From a virus (taxonomy: Duplodnaviria; Caudoviricetes): DNA of 49,646 bases. The notes beneath the pieces are model-generated. The model ran no database searches. It saw only the letters and a list, made by a program, of their open reading frames with translations, and was not told the origin of the DNA. A program made the position numbers and the translations under genes. Below are positions 27,009-37,510 of the stretch, piece by piece (position 1 is the first letter of the stretch; each line of letters opens with the position of its first letter). The DNA is taken from IMG/VR virus record IMGVR_UViG_3300008050_000064, positions 1-49,646 of that record. One strand, 5' to 3'.

Positions 27009-28850
27009 ATGTCAGCTTTAAACCAATTCGGGATAGCGTACGATGCGGGTGGGCAACTGACAGAGTTGGCTATGTCGATGAAGGTCACAGACGAGATAGC
27101 TATACTTTTAATGCAACAAGGGGTTGATGTATCTAGTATAAACAAACTGTCTGTACCTTCGGGATTTACAAATGTAGGGCAAATGTCTATCTTGTGTTAT
27201 TTGCCTATAAACATGAATTGGATGGATTTAGATTTGTGGGCAATAGTCGGTCCATGCAAGTGGAAGTTGTCCAATAATTATAGGATTCACAGGGTTTTTG
27301 CACAGCCCAGTTCTGGAGTTGACAGGACAACATTGGCGATAGTTTCGGTTGATGATTGGAGATACAACCTAAATATATTTGGTTCTAACAATACGGGTCA
27401 AAGCAGTAATAATAAATATGGAAGCGATTTCTCTATTGCAAGCGAGGACGTAACAAACGAAATAGAGGGTGACGTACCAGTACAGGCGGGTTCTTTAGAT
27501 TCAGATAAGTTACACTTGTGGTATGACCTGAATTGGCTGAAGACACTAGACAACTCATTTAACGCATGGGGATATGAGAGGGAAATGTCAGATGCGGAAC
27601 TTGCAGACAGGGTGTTGATGTCTTGCGGTGCTATTGCTTGTCCTCAGTTACAGTTAAGAGAGCCGACAAATTGCGGGGTCAATTACGAATCTGAATATGT
27701 ATATGGAAGTCAAGAACCATCAATGGAATATAATGATTCTACGCATTGGATGGTGGCAGAGTATATTGGAGATGGTTGGAGATGTGCGACCCAACTGTGG
27801 AACAGGTTGTCAGAGTTTTACAAAAGCGGTCAGTTAGAATGTGCCTTTGGGAGTCCAGAAAGAAATGATGATTGGGCAGAGGATGATTTCCCAGACCCAC
27901 TTGATAGAATCCCAGAAGAACCCGAAGTTTTAATGAACAAATGGATGGCTAGGGCAGAAGATGGCAACCAAGAAATACCCTCATCTGTTGATGTAAATTT
28001 TCCTGCACGAACCCCAACTGGTAAATATGTAATGTATCAGGTCAATGGGTGTGAGCATGGAAAGCCGTTTACGGGAAATCAACATTATTCTTATAGTGGG
28101 AATGCGGTTAGTTTAACCGACCACATAAAAACAAAAACAACAGAAATACCTGCAAGCGAATTGGCGGTTGGTGGCATTACATACATCACCATAGACCCGC
28201 TAGAAACTGATTTGCCTCTAGGCTTGACTCAAGCAAGAAAAGATGATTTGCTTCAAAGAGCTTTGCACCTATCGAAGTGTTATTACGCAAGGTATTACGC
28301 CTGTTCGGGAACTGCAATGTTTGTAGGTTGGCATCATGCTAGGGCTATACCAGGATGTACTTTGCAAGAGTATGGATTTTCAAGTAGTGTGCAATATACA
28401 AGGATTTTAGGTGGCAAACACAATCCTGCATTTGGTTTTTCAACAACAAGTTTTTCAAATTCTTCAGTGGTTACGGGTGGAGGGCTTCTTCTAAACAGAC
28501 CAGACGGGCAAGCTGAAGTTATTACAGGTGGGGCTTCTTCCTCAAACGATTTGCTTTGTAGTGTTGTTGGAATAATAATGGATGCGGGTGGGTGTGTGGC
28601 GAAGGGTTATGTGTTGGAAAGGTTATCTGACGAAGAAACATTTGGAAATGACCAAGACTTGTTAAAGCCGACCGACCGTAGTATTCCAAACATGTGCTAT
28701 GAGCCACTTAAAATAGGCGACTTGGTTTTGTTTGCCTTTGTTCCAAGGGGAACTGCTGATGATGAGCCAGAGATACCGATGTGTGACCAAGGTGGTTGCA
28801 ATTATTTGTTTATAGCAGGGGAAGAAGTACAAACTCAGGAGTGTCAATAA
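27009..28850 (+). CDS. putative tail protein
   Basis: AGGAGGT SD; position in the tail module. Confidence 0.5.
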   Translation: MSALNQFGIAYDAGGQLTELAMSMKVTDEIAILLMQQGVDVSSINKLSVPSGFTNVGQMSILCYLPINMNWMDLDLWAIVGPCKWKLSNNYRIHRVFAQPSSGVDRTTLAIVSVDDWRYNLNIFGSNNTGQSSNNKYGSDFSIASEDVTNEIEGDVPVQAGSLDSDKLHLWYDLNWLKTLDNSFNAWGYEREMSDAELADRVLMSCGAIACPQLQLREPTNCGVNYESEYVYGSQEPSMEYNDSTHWMVAEYIGDGWRCATQLWNRLSEFYKSGQLECAFGSPERNDDWAEDDFPDPLDRIPEEPEVLMNKWMARAEDGNQEIPSSVDVNFPARTPTGKYVMYQVNGCEHGKPFTGNQHYSYSGNAVSLTDHIKTKTTEIPASELAVGGITYITIDPLETDLPLGLTQARKDDLLQRALHLSKCYYARYYACSGTAMFVGWHHARAIPGCTLQEYGFSSSVQYTRILGGKHNPAFGFSTTSFSNSSVVTGGGLLLNRPDGQAEVITGGASSSNDLLCSVVGIIMDAGGCVAKGYVLERLSDEETFGNDQDLLKPTDRSIPNMCYEPLKIGDLVLFAFVPRGTADDEPEIPMCDQGGCNYLFIAGEEVQTQECQ

Positions 28851-29224
28851 TGGCTATTAAATACACAACTCAAGAATCTGCGGAGTTAGCATACAGTAAA
28901 ATTATTACAGGTTTGTTCGATGGGACAAACGAGGTAATTTTAATGGAGGGGCAACCATCCCGTTCTAATTTTATTTCAAAGATAATCATTACAAATACTG
29001 ATACAGCAAAAATTACGCCTAAGATAAGAATACACAACACCTTAAAGTCGGGTGAAGATGATGAGTATATACAGCTTATGCCAGAGATTGAACTATCCTC
29101 AGACGAAAGATTGGTATACGAATCGCCTATCACGCCCTATGGTGGACAGAATCTTGTGATTGAACTTAATGGGGATGTGACAACATCTCAGCCCCAGTAT
29201 ATGATGGTGGTTAAAAATGTTTGA
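28850..29224 (+). CDS. small structural protein (putative)
   Basis: TAATG coupling, AGGAG SD, beta-sandwich-like pattern. Confidence 0.5.
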   Translation: MAIKYTTQESAELAYSKIITGLFDGTNEVILMEGQPSRSNFISKIIITNTDTAKITPKIRIHNTLKSGEDDEYIQLMPEIELSSDERLVYESPITPYGGQNLVIELNGDVTTSQPQYMMVVKNV

Positions 29225-29765
29225 CTTACTTACATACGACAACGAGGGCAGACCAAGATTAACTGTAACGGTTGAAAATCTTACACCTACACTTGCTGTG
29301 TTCACAGCCAAGAATGCTTTGTTCCCTACAGCGAATTATGCCACAAAAGATATTAGGAATGTGTATTCTGTTTTAGATTTTGATGACACTACAAATGAAA
29401 AAACTATTTTTTTAGGTTTGATGCCTAAACAATATAGGGGTGGTAATATAGAGGTTCATTTGCACTTTATGATGACAACAGCAACTTCTGGTGATGTAGA
29501 TTGGATTGTATATTTTGACCGTTTTGGCTCTAATGATATAGACGTAGATACTAACACTTGGTCAAACACGACAACTGTGACGGATACATCTGTACCGAGT
29601 ACATCGGGGCAAATAGCAATTACAACAGTAACGGTAACTGAAGGTGCGAACATGGATAACATTACCGCAGGAGATTTGTTTTCTATACAAATTGAGCGTG
29701 ATGCTTCAACTGATACGGCTACGGGTGATGCGGAACTTTTAGGGGTGGAGATACGAGGAACTTAA
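29217..29765 (+). CDS. putative tail-associated beta protein
   Basis: Thr/Asp-rich; LDFDDTTNE...IERDASTDTATGDAELLGVEI. Confidence 0.5.
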   Translation: MFDLLTYDNEGRPRLTVTVENLTPTLAVFTAKNALFPTANYATKDIRNVYSVLDFDDTTNEKTIFLGLMPKQYRGGNIEVHLHFMMTTATSGDVDWIVYFDRFGSNDIDVDTNTWSNTTTVTDTSVPSTSGQIAITTVTVTEGANMDNITAGDLFSIQIERDASTDTATGDAELLGVEIRGT

Positions 29766-30451
29766 TGGCTATAGTATTTGATTCAACCGATGGGGACGGT
29801 GCAGACTACCTAGCCAATGAGTCACCAATAATATCTTTAACTTCTGCCCCACTAACTTTGGCATGTTGGGTTAATCCAAATTCAATAACAGCCCACGATG
29901 CTTGTATAACCATAGGTTCATCGTCAGCCAACCAATTATTTGCATTAAACCTTAGAGCTAACAAAAAAGTTACAATGGAGGTACGTGACTCCTCTGGCGG
30001 GAGTTGGGCTTCATCAACAGGGCTTTATCGTGCTTCTGCTTGGCAACATGTTGCGGGTGTTTGTACATCAACTGTTTCAAGGCAAGCATTTTTAGATGGG
30101 GTGGGTGGAACAGTTAATACGACAAGTCGAACACCATCATCGGTTGATAGGATAAGAATTGGCGAGTGGTCATCTACGTGGTCAAGACCTTTTGATGGCA
30201 TGATTGCTGAATGTGCAATATGGAATGTTGCTTTGAGCGATGGGGACATACAAGCAATGGCAAGCGGTTTAACACCTACATTGATTCGCCCAGACTCTCT
30301 GGTTTCATACTATCCTCTTGTTCGTAATTATATTGATGAGTTTGGGGTTCAAGAAGTCACACCGAACAATACAGTTGTTTGGGCAAATGAACATCCTATT
30401 GCTGTCGAGGATGCACCTTCTACTCATAGGAGCGCATGGGGTGGTATATGA
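29765..30451 (+). CDS. LamG/concanavalin A-like lectin domain protein
   Basis: TLACWV, WQHVAGV, FLDG, FDGMIAECAIWNVALSDGDI, LVSYYPL. Confidence 0.85.
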   Translation: MAIVFDSTDGDGADYLANESPIISLTSAPLTLACWVNPNSITAHDACITIGSSSANQLFALNLRANKKVTMEVRDSSGGSWASSTGLYRASAWQHVAGVCTSTVSRQAFLDGVGGTVNTTSRTPSSVDRIRIGEWSSTWSRPFDGMIAECAIWNVALSDGDIQAMASGLTPTLIRPDSLVSYYPLVRNYIDEFGVQEVTPNNTVVWANEHPIAVEDAPSTHRSAWGGI

Positions 30452-32766
30452 TGGGTCAAGACCCACAGGGCATTTGTTGTTATTGTAATTCGTTTCCTCA
30501 GTGTGGTCATTTTTGTGAAACGACAGACGAATTTGAATGCTTACAGCAAGGCGGTACTTGGCTAGGTGCGGGGCAATTAGATTGCAACGACTGTGATGAA
30601 GTATGCGCTAACTGCGAACAAACCTGTACAGATAATTCTCAATGCCCAGATGGATATATTTGTGAATTTGGACAATGTGTTGTAGACCCTGATGCGAGTG
30701 GTTGGGGCGATGACAATGTAATGCCTTGCAATAGACCTGGTATTAGCGGGTCTAAAAATTGTCAAAAAGTTCTTCATGTAAAACGACCATATTTCCCAAA
30801 TGGCATACCCAACTACAATGCGTGGGGAGTTGCAGTATGGCATCCACCTTGCGATGAGGATTGCGATGGAAGCATTCAGGACGATGGGGAAGTAGACACA
30901 GATGGAAACTGGATAATAAAACAGGAAGATTTAGGACCAATATCTTTTGAGCTTGGCACAGACATTTACGATGGAGATGGCGACCCAATAGGAAAATATG
31001 AAAGTGGTTGTTGTTGCGAATTGTATCTTATTGTCGCACAGTGTTGGGGTGGTGTTGAATGTATAGGTTTGAATAATATATGCAAATCGGATATACCAGA
31101 GTGGAATCCGCAGATTGGTGAGGTGTTAATTCTACGAGGAAAAGACGGAACACCCGCAGAGGGGTGGTGTGGATATACCTTGTACAATTTCAATGAAGAT
31201 GGTAGTCAAAGATATGGTCCATGCAATAAACCTTTTTATGAATGGGTGTTAAATAATGGTTGCAAGCTAGGTGGTGGCAAATCTGGTTCTGGTGGGTGCG
31301 CTGAGTCAGTTAGTCCAGGACCGCTTTTCTGTGATTTAGATATTGAGGTATTCCAAGTTCCAGACCCAAGTTGGGTTTACGGAGGAGGGGATAGATTGTG
31401 TAGGTATGCTTGCGATTCGTGTTATGGAATCTTTGAGCAATGCGGAGCTTGTGACTGTCATCCTGAATATCCACAGTGCAAGTGTATAAAATCTGTTGAT
31501 TGTGACACAGATAGAACTGCCATGAAAATCATTTTCTCAGGAGATGAACAAGACCTTTGTGGACCAACTCACCCTGATGGTGAGTGTTTGTTTATGAATG
31601 AGGAGATTACCAGTAGACAGTATGCGTTAAATGATTTCTATTGGAATCTTCCGACTTGCATTACGAATAACACAACGCCTGTGGATGGTGGTACACCATG
31701 TCAAGACTGCGAAGTATTACTCTTACAAAGAGAAACTTCTGTATGTTGGTGCGGTGATTTACCGCCTGGTGTTACTTGTGACTTTCCAGAATATGCGTAC
31801 ACTTGGGCAACAAATGATTTATGGAACTCTCGGAGTTACCTAAAACTGTCCGTTCAAAATAGTACGGGAGGTCATAGCCCTGGGTGTTACAAAGTTGTAG
31901 GAGTTATTGAAGCAAGACTTTTGCCACCAGATGCGGTGTGGCACACGTTCTGGACATCGGGTGAATGTCATAAATTTCCTGATGGTCATGTGGAATGCCA
32001 CCCAACCGATGATGACGTTCTGGCAGATTGCGTTTTTTGTACGGGCGACTGCTATGGAGAAAATCCTATACTGAATGGACGGTTTGATTGTATGAGTTTC
32101 TGCCCACAAGTCGAGTGTGATGCTCCTTGCGGAACTGCGGGGCATCAGTGTTGGGCTTGTTGTATTACGGACTCTGATGGTAGCCCAAACTGTTGTGACC
32201 ACCCACCACCTCCTCCTAATGGTAGCCCACCAGAACCGCCACCAAGACAGAAACAAATGGGAGATTGGGATTCTATATTTTTATTCCCAACCAATATAGA
32301 AACTGAAATAGATATTGACATCAATAATGTTAAGACCTCAGTGCCTATTTCATTTTCAGATGCACTACAGATTCCCATGATAGATAGTCCAACTGCACAA
32401 GATGTTGAAACATATAACAGGTTGTCACCCTTCCAATATGCCCCGAATTATCTCAAAGAGTCATTAAACAAAACTGTGCGAACAGGTGCGGTTGCAGACA
32501 AGAGAGCAAAAGTTCCGCAGGTGGACGAAGCTAACTACCTAGGTAATTACTCAGAAGGTTCGCTTGAATGGTCTATGTGGTTGCATATTGGTAATTGCAT
32601 AGCAGTAAACTCTGAGCAGGATATGACTCGTAAGTGCAGTTTTGACTATACGGTTTTTGCTTATTGTCAGTCAAAAAAATGTAAAGTAGATTCAAAAGTG
32701 TTGGAGCATAAGGTTGTACAATTCAATTTAGATACTAATTATTTTGGAGTATCTGATGAAACTTAA
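30448..32766 (+). CDS. large cysteine-rich protein
   Basis: About 770 aa with many CC/CxxC clusters and a poly-Pro linker near the C-terminus. Confidence 0.75.
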   Translation: MMGQDPQGICCYCNSFPQCGHFCETTDEFECLQQGGTWLGAGQLDCNDCDEVCANCEQTCTDNSQCPDGYICEFGQCVVDPDASGWGDDNVMPCNRPGISGSKNCQKVLHVKRPYFPNGIPNYNAWGVAVWHPPCDEDCDGSIQDDGEVDTDGNWIIKQEDLGPISFELGTDIYDGDGDPIGKYESGCCCELYLIVAQCWGGVECIGLNNICKSDIPEWNPQIGEVLILRGKDGTPAEGWCGYTLYNFNEDGSQRYGPCNKPFYEWVLNNGCKLGGGKSGSGGCAESVSPGPLFCDLDIEVFQVPDPSWVYGGGDRLCRYACDSCYGIFEQCGACDCHPEYPQCKCIKSVDCDTDRTAMKIIFSGDEQDLCGPTHPDGECLFMNEEITSRQYALNDFYWNLPTCITNNTTPVDGGTPCQDCEVLLLQRETSVCWCGDLPPGVTCDFPEYAYTWATNDLWNSRSYLKLSVQNSTGGHSPGCYKVVGVIEARLLPPDAVWHTFWTSGECHKFPDGHVECHPTDDDVLADCVFCTGDCYGENPILNGRFDCMSFCPQVECDAPCGTAGHQCWACCITDSDGSPNCCDHPPPPPNGSPPEPPPRQKQMGDWDSIFLFPTNIETEIDIDINNVKTSVPISFSDALQIPMIDSPTAQDVETYNRLSPFQYAPNYLKESLNKTVRTGAVADKRAKVPQVDEANYLGNYSEGSLEWSMWLHIGNCIAVNSEQDMTRKCSFDYTVFAYCQSKKCKVDSKVLEHKVVQFNLDTNYFGVSDET

Positions 32767-33163
32767 AATAACCTACCACGATTCAAATATGCCTATAAAA
32801 GAAGTTATTGCCAATGTTACGAGTGTGGGTGAAAATAACTTATCTAAACTTTCAATGGTAAAAAATATAGAGAAGCAAACAAAAGAAAGAATATCACGCA
32901 TTGAGAAACTTAGAATGGGAGTGACGGGCATAGCAAAAGCAACACTTGGTATAGGATTGGCAAGTAAATCTGAAATTGAAGGGAGAAGAAGTATATGCGA
33001 AGTGTGTGAGTTTCGGCAGGGAAGTTCGTGTGGGGCGTGTGGATGCTTTATTAGTCCTAAGACGAAACTAGCAAAAGAACAATGCCCGAAGGGGTTTTGG
33101 GGTCAAGCAATTACAATAGAAAACCAGAGGAGTGGAGGATGTGGGTGTGGGAAAAACAAATAA
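32756..33163 (+). CDS. Cys-cluster (zinc-binding) protein
   Basis: RRSICEVC...CGACGCFI..KT.L..EQCPKGFW. Confidence 0.7.
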   Translation: MKLKITYHDSNMPIKEVIANVTSVGENNLSKLSMVKNIEKQTKERISRIEKLRMGVTGIAKATLGIGLASKSEIEGRRSICEVCEFRQGSSCGACGCFISPKTKLAKEQCPKGFWGQAITIENQRSGGCGCGKNK

Positions 33164-34031
33164 TAAAATAACATGGGAAGTAGTAGAGCAAAACAGAAAT
33201 TGTCATACGGTTCGTGTGGATGCGACTAACTCAAAGTGGGAACAATACTTTCTGTTGTCTAGTGACAGACATCACGATAATGCTCACACTGACCATGCTT
33301 TAGAATTGAAGCACCTAAAGTTAGCAAGGGAAAGGGGTGCAGGGATAATAGATGTCGGGGATATGCACTGTGCGATGCAAGGCAAGTGGGATAAAAGGTC
33401 AGACCTTACGGCAACAAGACCCGAACAGCAGGAAGGTAGATACATTGACTCTTTGGTTGAGTGTGCATCTAATTTTTACGCACCATTTGCCGAGAACTTT
33501 GTAGTAATAGGACGGGGTAATCACGAAACATCTATACTGAAACGACATGAAACAGACTTAACCGAAAGAACTTGTGAACGTATGTCTGCCCTTTCGGGTC
33601 ATAAAGTTCATACTGGCGGTTACGGTGGTTGGATTCGGTTTATGATTAAACTGAATGGCTCTATCAATCAGTGCAACATGAAGTATTATCATGGCTCAGG
33701 TGGCGGTGGTCCAGTTACCAGAGGGGTTATCCAGACAAATCGTATGGCGGTGATTTATCCACAAGCTCATATCATTTGTTCTGGTCACACCCACGACCAA
33801 TGGATTGTTCCTATAGCAAGGGAGAAGTTATTTAAATCGGGTCGTATCGGTATGGACGAAGCATTACATGTGCGCTGTGGAACTTACAAAGATGAGTACA
33901 TGGACGGCTTTGGTGGTTGGCATATCGAGCGAGGAGGACCACCAAAAGGTTTGGGAGCAATGTGGCTTCGGTTCTATGTGACGGATTCAACAAACAATGT
34001 AATAGGTTGGGAAGTTGTTAGGGCTAAATAA
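33132..34031 (+). CDS. calcineurin-like metallophosphoesterase
   Basis: SDRH, VGD, GNHE, YHG, SGHTH motifs. Confidence 0.85.
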   Translation: MEDVGVGKTNNKITWEVVEQNRNCHTVRVDATNSKWEQYFLLSSDRHHDNAHTDHALELKHLKLARERGAGIIDVGDMHCAMQGKWDKRSDLTATRPEQQEGRYIDSLVECASNFYAPFAENFVVIGRGNHETSILKRHETDLTERTCERMSALSGHKVHTGGYGGWIRFMIKLNGSINQCNMKYYHGSGGGGPVTRGVIQTNRMAVIYPQAHIICSGHTHDQWIVPIAREKLFKSGRIGMDEALHVRCGTYKDEYMDGFGGWHIERGGPPKGLGAMWLRFYVTDSTNNVIGWEVVRAK

Positions 34032-34321
34032 TGAAAATGATACGGGTAACTTGGGTTGATGCTGAAACCATCGGGGATTCTGGTTGGCAAGATTTGTCTG
34101 ACATGCAGGATATAAAGGAAATTAAGCCACCAGTAATGCAAACCGTTGGTTTTGTTTTAGGTGATTTTGATACGCATATAACAATTACGGATTCAATAGG
34201 AGAAAAAGAGTGTGGTCATGTAACAAAGATACCAAACGAAATGATTAGAACAGCGTGTTTTCTTGGGGAGATAGTTAAAGCGAAAGAGGAAATAAAAAAC
34301 CCCGCCCAACGAGAGGGATAA
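34031..34321 (+). CDS. conserved phage hypothetical protein
   Basis: RVTWVDA..GW..TVGFV..IP..MI pattern; TAATG coupling. Confidence 0.65.
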   Translation: MKMIRVTWVDAETIGDSGWQDLSDMQDIKEIKPPVMQTVGFVLGDFDTHITITDSIGEKECGHVTKIPNEMIRTACFLGEIVKAKEEIKNPAQREG

Positions 34322-34344
34322 GTTCTCGCAACTATGGGCGGGGT
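34291..34344 (-). terminator. terminator between convergent operons
   Basis: ACCCCGCCCA/TGGGCGGGGT stem with inner CGAGA/TCTCG; U-tract on the minus strand. Confidence 0.7.
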
Positions 34345-34391
34345 AAAGGAAATTGTGACTTTCGCCACCAGTTATGAATAGCGTAATTATA

Positions 34392-34613
34392 TCATTTTAC
34401 ATCATAAATATCAATACCAAGGTTTGCGGTTGGTAGTATAACACCAGGGTGATTAGAATTTACCCACTCTACAAAACTATCTCTATTCCATCGCATACCA
34501 CCAAGACGAATTGGCTTTGGAAGCTTACCTGAATCCACCCATCGGTAAATAGTTGAAACTTCAACACCAAACGCCTTAGCAACATCTGACGTATAAATAT
34601 AAATTAAACACAT
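34392..34613 (-). CDS. AlpA/excisionase-like HTH protein
   Basis: DVAKAFGVEVSTIYRWVDSGKLPKPIRLGGMRW. Confidence 0.8.
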   Translation of the reverse strand: MCLIYIYTSDVAKAFGVEVSTIYRWVDSGKLPKPIRLGGMRWNRDSFVEWVNSNHPGVILPTANLGIDIYDVK

Positions 34614-34625
34614 AAAATACTCCTC

Positions 34626-35030
34626 TTAGAATGGTATGTCATCATCTGGAACTTTTGTCGCTACAGATGAAACTGGAATCTCTTTTTCCTGTGAATCGCC
34701 TGAAACATTCTTGATGTTCCTAACTTCGACAACGGTAAACTTACCTCTTTTCCCTTCGACTTCTTTGTTTGAGAAATCTGCTTGAATGCGAAGACCTATT
34801 AAATCAAATACATCTTGATTAAAAAATGTATCCCAATCTGCGGATGTGTAACCAAGCATTGAAAACCATCTTAGCGCAACGGAGGCAGGGGCGGTTTTCC
34901 CAATGTAGTCGTGCGTGTACCGTTCTTTGTTCGGAAGGTTTACGTCTTCACGACACAAGCAAACCTTAATCGCAGGACCACCTGCGTGTTTAATTAGTTC
35001 TACTTTTGTAACTGTTGCAAATTCCATCAT
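34626..35030 (-). CDS. putative single-stranded DNA-binding protein
   Basis: C-terminal PDDDIPF acidic tail; follows the Sak gene. Confidence 0.65.
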   Translation of the reverse strand: MMEFATVTKVELIKHAGGPAIKVCLCREDVNLPNKERYTHDYIGKTAPASVALRWFSMLGYTSADWDTFFNQDVFDLIGLRIQADFSNKEVEGKRGKFTVVEVRNIKNVSGDSQEKEIPVSSVATKVPDDDIPF

Positions 35031-35611
35031 TTTTTCTCCTGTGTTGGGATTCTTTCGTGTGTTGCTACTAATTGCTCATCTGAAAACTCGTCTACATCGG
35101 TTAAATCCCAATGCTCAAATACAGCACCCGCCCATTTAGTATCTTTGTCCATGTGTGACCTAATAGCTTTGACGAGTTCTTTTCGACAATCTTCTGTAAG
35201 TTTAAGTTCATCCTCAAACATTACGGTGTCTTCACCTGCGTAAACATTTATTCCTAAGCCATGAAAAGCTAACGCCTTTACCAAGCATCTTTTTAATGAG
35301 TTGTTGATGTCGGTTGAGGATGGGTGAAGAATCGGGTTGTTGTAATTATCCATAACTGGCAAATCTTCTGTAAGGGTCTGTTCGTCAATCGTCACAGACA
35401 CAGAAACAAATGCGTTACCTTCTTCGTCTTTAAATACTGGATACTCTTGTTCGTTCTTCTTGTACTCAAAGCTTGCTGTTGGGTAATTTTCTTTGCAGAT
35501 GCTCCAAGCCCAAGCCCACGATAGATAGTTGAATCTACCCTTTTTCTCGACATGCTCTGAGCAGTCTATTCGGGAAAGTGTTTCCCATGCTGATAATTTT
35601 TCTTTAGACAT
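35027..35611 (-). CDS. sak: Sak/Rad52-like single-strand annealing protein (DUF1071-like)
   Basis: VEKKGRFNYLSWAWAW...LPVMD..N...INNSLKRCLVKALA.HGLG..VYAGED; GGAGGT SD. Confidence 0.88.
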   Translation of the reverse strand: MSKEKLSAWETLSRIDCSEHVEKKGRFNYLSWAWAWSICKENYPTASFEYKKNEQEYPVFKDEEGNAFVSVSVTIDEQTLTEDLPVMDNYNNPILHPSSTDINNSLKRCLVKALAFHGLGINVYAGEDTVMFEDELKLTEDCRKELVKAIRSHMDKDTKWAGAVFEHWDLTDVDEFSDEQLVATHERIPTQEKK

Positions 35612-36068
35612 TTGCGACCTCCTCGCTTTTAAGTTCTTGTGGCAGTTCTGGTAGTTCCATCCAGGCAACAACTTTTTTTACTTTGTTGCCGTCCTTAAAC
35701 TGAACTACACCCTCGACTGTATTCTGAGATATAAATTCATCTATCCATTCAGATGTAAACAAAACCTTCTTGCCAATTCTGCAATGCCGAATCTGACCTG
35801 AATTTTTCAGTTCCCAAAGCTTTCGTGCTGAAATGTTTAGCCAACTTGCAGTTTCTTTTGAATCTAATAACTTGCCGTCTTGTTGTTTTCTATCACCACT
35901 AGAGGTACTGTGTTTCCCATTCCATACCATCAATATCTGGTGGTGATACAATCCTTCGCCCGCCTCAACCAAGCATAAATAACTGTGACATGGAACGCCA
36001 TCGGGACATTCTTTTGTCTTTGGTAATTCGGGCAACCGTTCTTTTACTGATATCCATTCTTGTGACAT
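35604..36068 (-). CDS. DUF551-like protein with an inserted excisionase-type HTH
   Basis: WISVKERLPE ... VVAWMELPELP bracket LLDSKETASWLNISARKLWEL...IGKKVLF. Confidence 0.7.
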   Translation of the reverse strand: MSQEWISVKERLPELPKTKECPDGVPCHSYLCLVEAGEGLYHHQILMVWNGKHSTSSGDRKQQDGKLLDSKETASWLNISARKLWELKNSGQIRHCRIGKKVLFTSEWIDEFISQNTVEGVVQFKDGNKVKKVVAWMELPELPQELKSEEVANV

Positions 36069-36086
36069 AATTTCCTCCTATGTCTT

Positions 36087-36338
36087 CTAATTGTTTTTAC
36101 CTTCTAACCACTGTTCGACATTGAACAAAGTACCCTTTGCATTTGATGGAACTCGGTCTTGGATATATTTGACCGCATCCACCAAATCGTTTGGACTAAA
36201 GCAAAGCTTACAAGCACTGTACAAATCGTTGGAGAGTACAGCTATATAGAACGGAGAGGGCTTTACTTTGTGGTTCACATAATTGTCTATTTCAAATAAG
36301 TGCATACTAAAAATAAGATAATAGCAAAAGTTCAGCAC
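36087..36338 (-). CDS. hypothetical protein (start probably 36305)
   Basis: ORF at the head of the leftward operon; PSPF..AVLSNDL pattern. Confidence 0.55.
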   Translation of the reverse strand: MLNFCYYLIFSMHLFEIDNYVNHKVKPSPFYIAVLSNDLYSACKLCFSPNDLVDAVKYIQDRVPSNAKGTLFNVEQWLEGKNN

Positions 36339-36388
36339 AAGTGTAGAATTTTGTGTATATTATTCAAGAATAAAAAAAGGAGGCAAAT

Positions 36389-37333
36389 ATGCCAAAAGTA
36401 CAAAAGATGCCCGCAATATTATTTTACACAGGCGATTGGTTAAAAGACCCTGCTGTAAGAATGATGACACTTACTCAGCGTGGCTTATGGATAGACATGT
36501 TATCGCTCATGTATGAAAGTTCAGACCGAGGATACCTTTCGCTCAAGAATGGTCAGCCAGTTTCTACTGAACAGCTATGCAGAATGGTTGGTTGTTTGGA
36601 TATCAAAACAGTAGAAGAATGTCTTGAGGCGATGGAATCTGTAGGAGTATTCTCACGCACAAAAGATGGAGTTATCTACTCTAGGCGCATGGTAAATGAC
36701 GAGAAGATTCGTGAAGCAAAGGCGAAAGCGGGTCGTGCTAGTGGGAAGTCTAGGAATAAAAAACGAACACAACTTGAACAAAATCTGAACAAAGAGGCAA
36801 CACCCCTTGAATATGAATATGAAGATGAAACTGTAATTGAAAAACCTGTTGTTATAAATTCATCCGAAAGAGCAAATTCATCTTATATGAACAGGACTCA
36901 AGTTCAAGATGCTTGGAATGTTATCCCAGAAAACCGACAACGAGGTTTTGGAAAGTTTCAGACGGCTTTTATTGACAATGTTATTCATGGCTGTGTAGAT
37001 ATTAAGCGAGTAAAGTCTGCGCTTCGTGAATACTTTTCTTCCAGTGAGGGTATGGGCGAGTATTGGCGCACACCTGCGACCTTGATGGAAGATTTTATTT
37101 GGGAAGAAAACCCTGCGCTGTGGGGCAGGGGTCGTGCAAAAGAGTCTGTGTTTCCCAGTGACGTTTTTGAACATCAGAAAATAATTACTCGATACATCAG
37201 CGCATCGGATGAGAATAAAGAAAACTACGCAAAGCTTTACGAGCATCAAGAGTCTGCGGGAAAAGTAGAATCTCAAATAAAAGCTACGATAGCTTACCGA
37301 GTTTGGAACAAATATCCTGAGTATCGAAAATAA
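36389..37333 (+). CDS. replication initiator (YdaU/DUF1376-like N-terminus)
   Basis: PAILFYTGDWLKD..LTQRGLWIDML..IYSRRMV; AGGAGG SD; internal iteron-like repeats. Confidence 0.75.
   Translation: MPKVQKMPAILFYTGDWLKDPAVRMMTLTQRGLWIDMLSLMYESSDRGYLSLKNGQPVSTEQLCRMVGCLDIKTVEECLEAMESVGVFSRTKDGVIYSRRMVNDEKIREAKAKAGRASGKSRNKKRTQLEQNLNKEATPLEYEYEDETVIEKPVVINSSERANSSYMNRTQVQDAWNVIPENRQRGFGKFQTAFIDNVIHGCVDIKRVKSALREYFSSSEGMGEYWRTPATLMEDFIWEENPALWGRGRAKESVFPSDVFEHQKIITRYISASDENKENYAKLYEHQESAGKVESQIKATIAYRVWNKYPEYRK
36754..36830. repeat. putative origin A: GAACA-like motifs at 11-bp period, then TGAATA repeats
   Basis: GAATA 36754, GAACA 36765/36776/36787, CAACA 36798. Confidence 0.55.
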
Positions 37334-37510
37334 GACCCAGATGGACTATTACGTGGGTTCTTGCGGTCAATATGCCCTAGTTACGCCAAAAACCCCAAAG
37401 CCCCTGTATGGGCTTATATGGGGCTGTATAGGCATCCTGCTAAAAAGAGTGATTTCTAATAATATCAACACACATAAAGAAAATTGTGTATATTACCGAT
37501 ATGAACAAAA

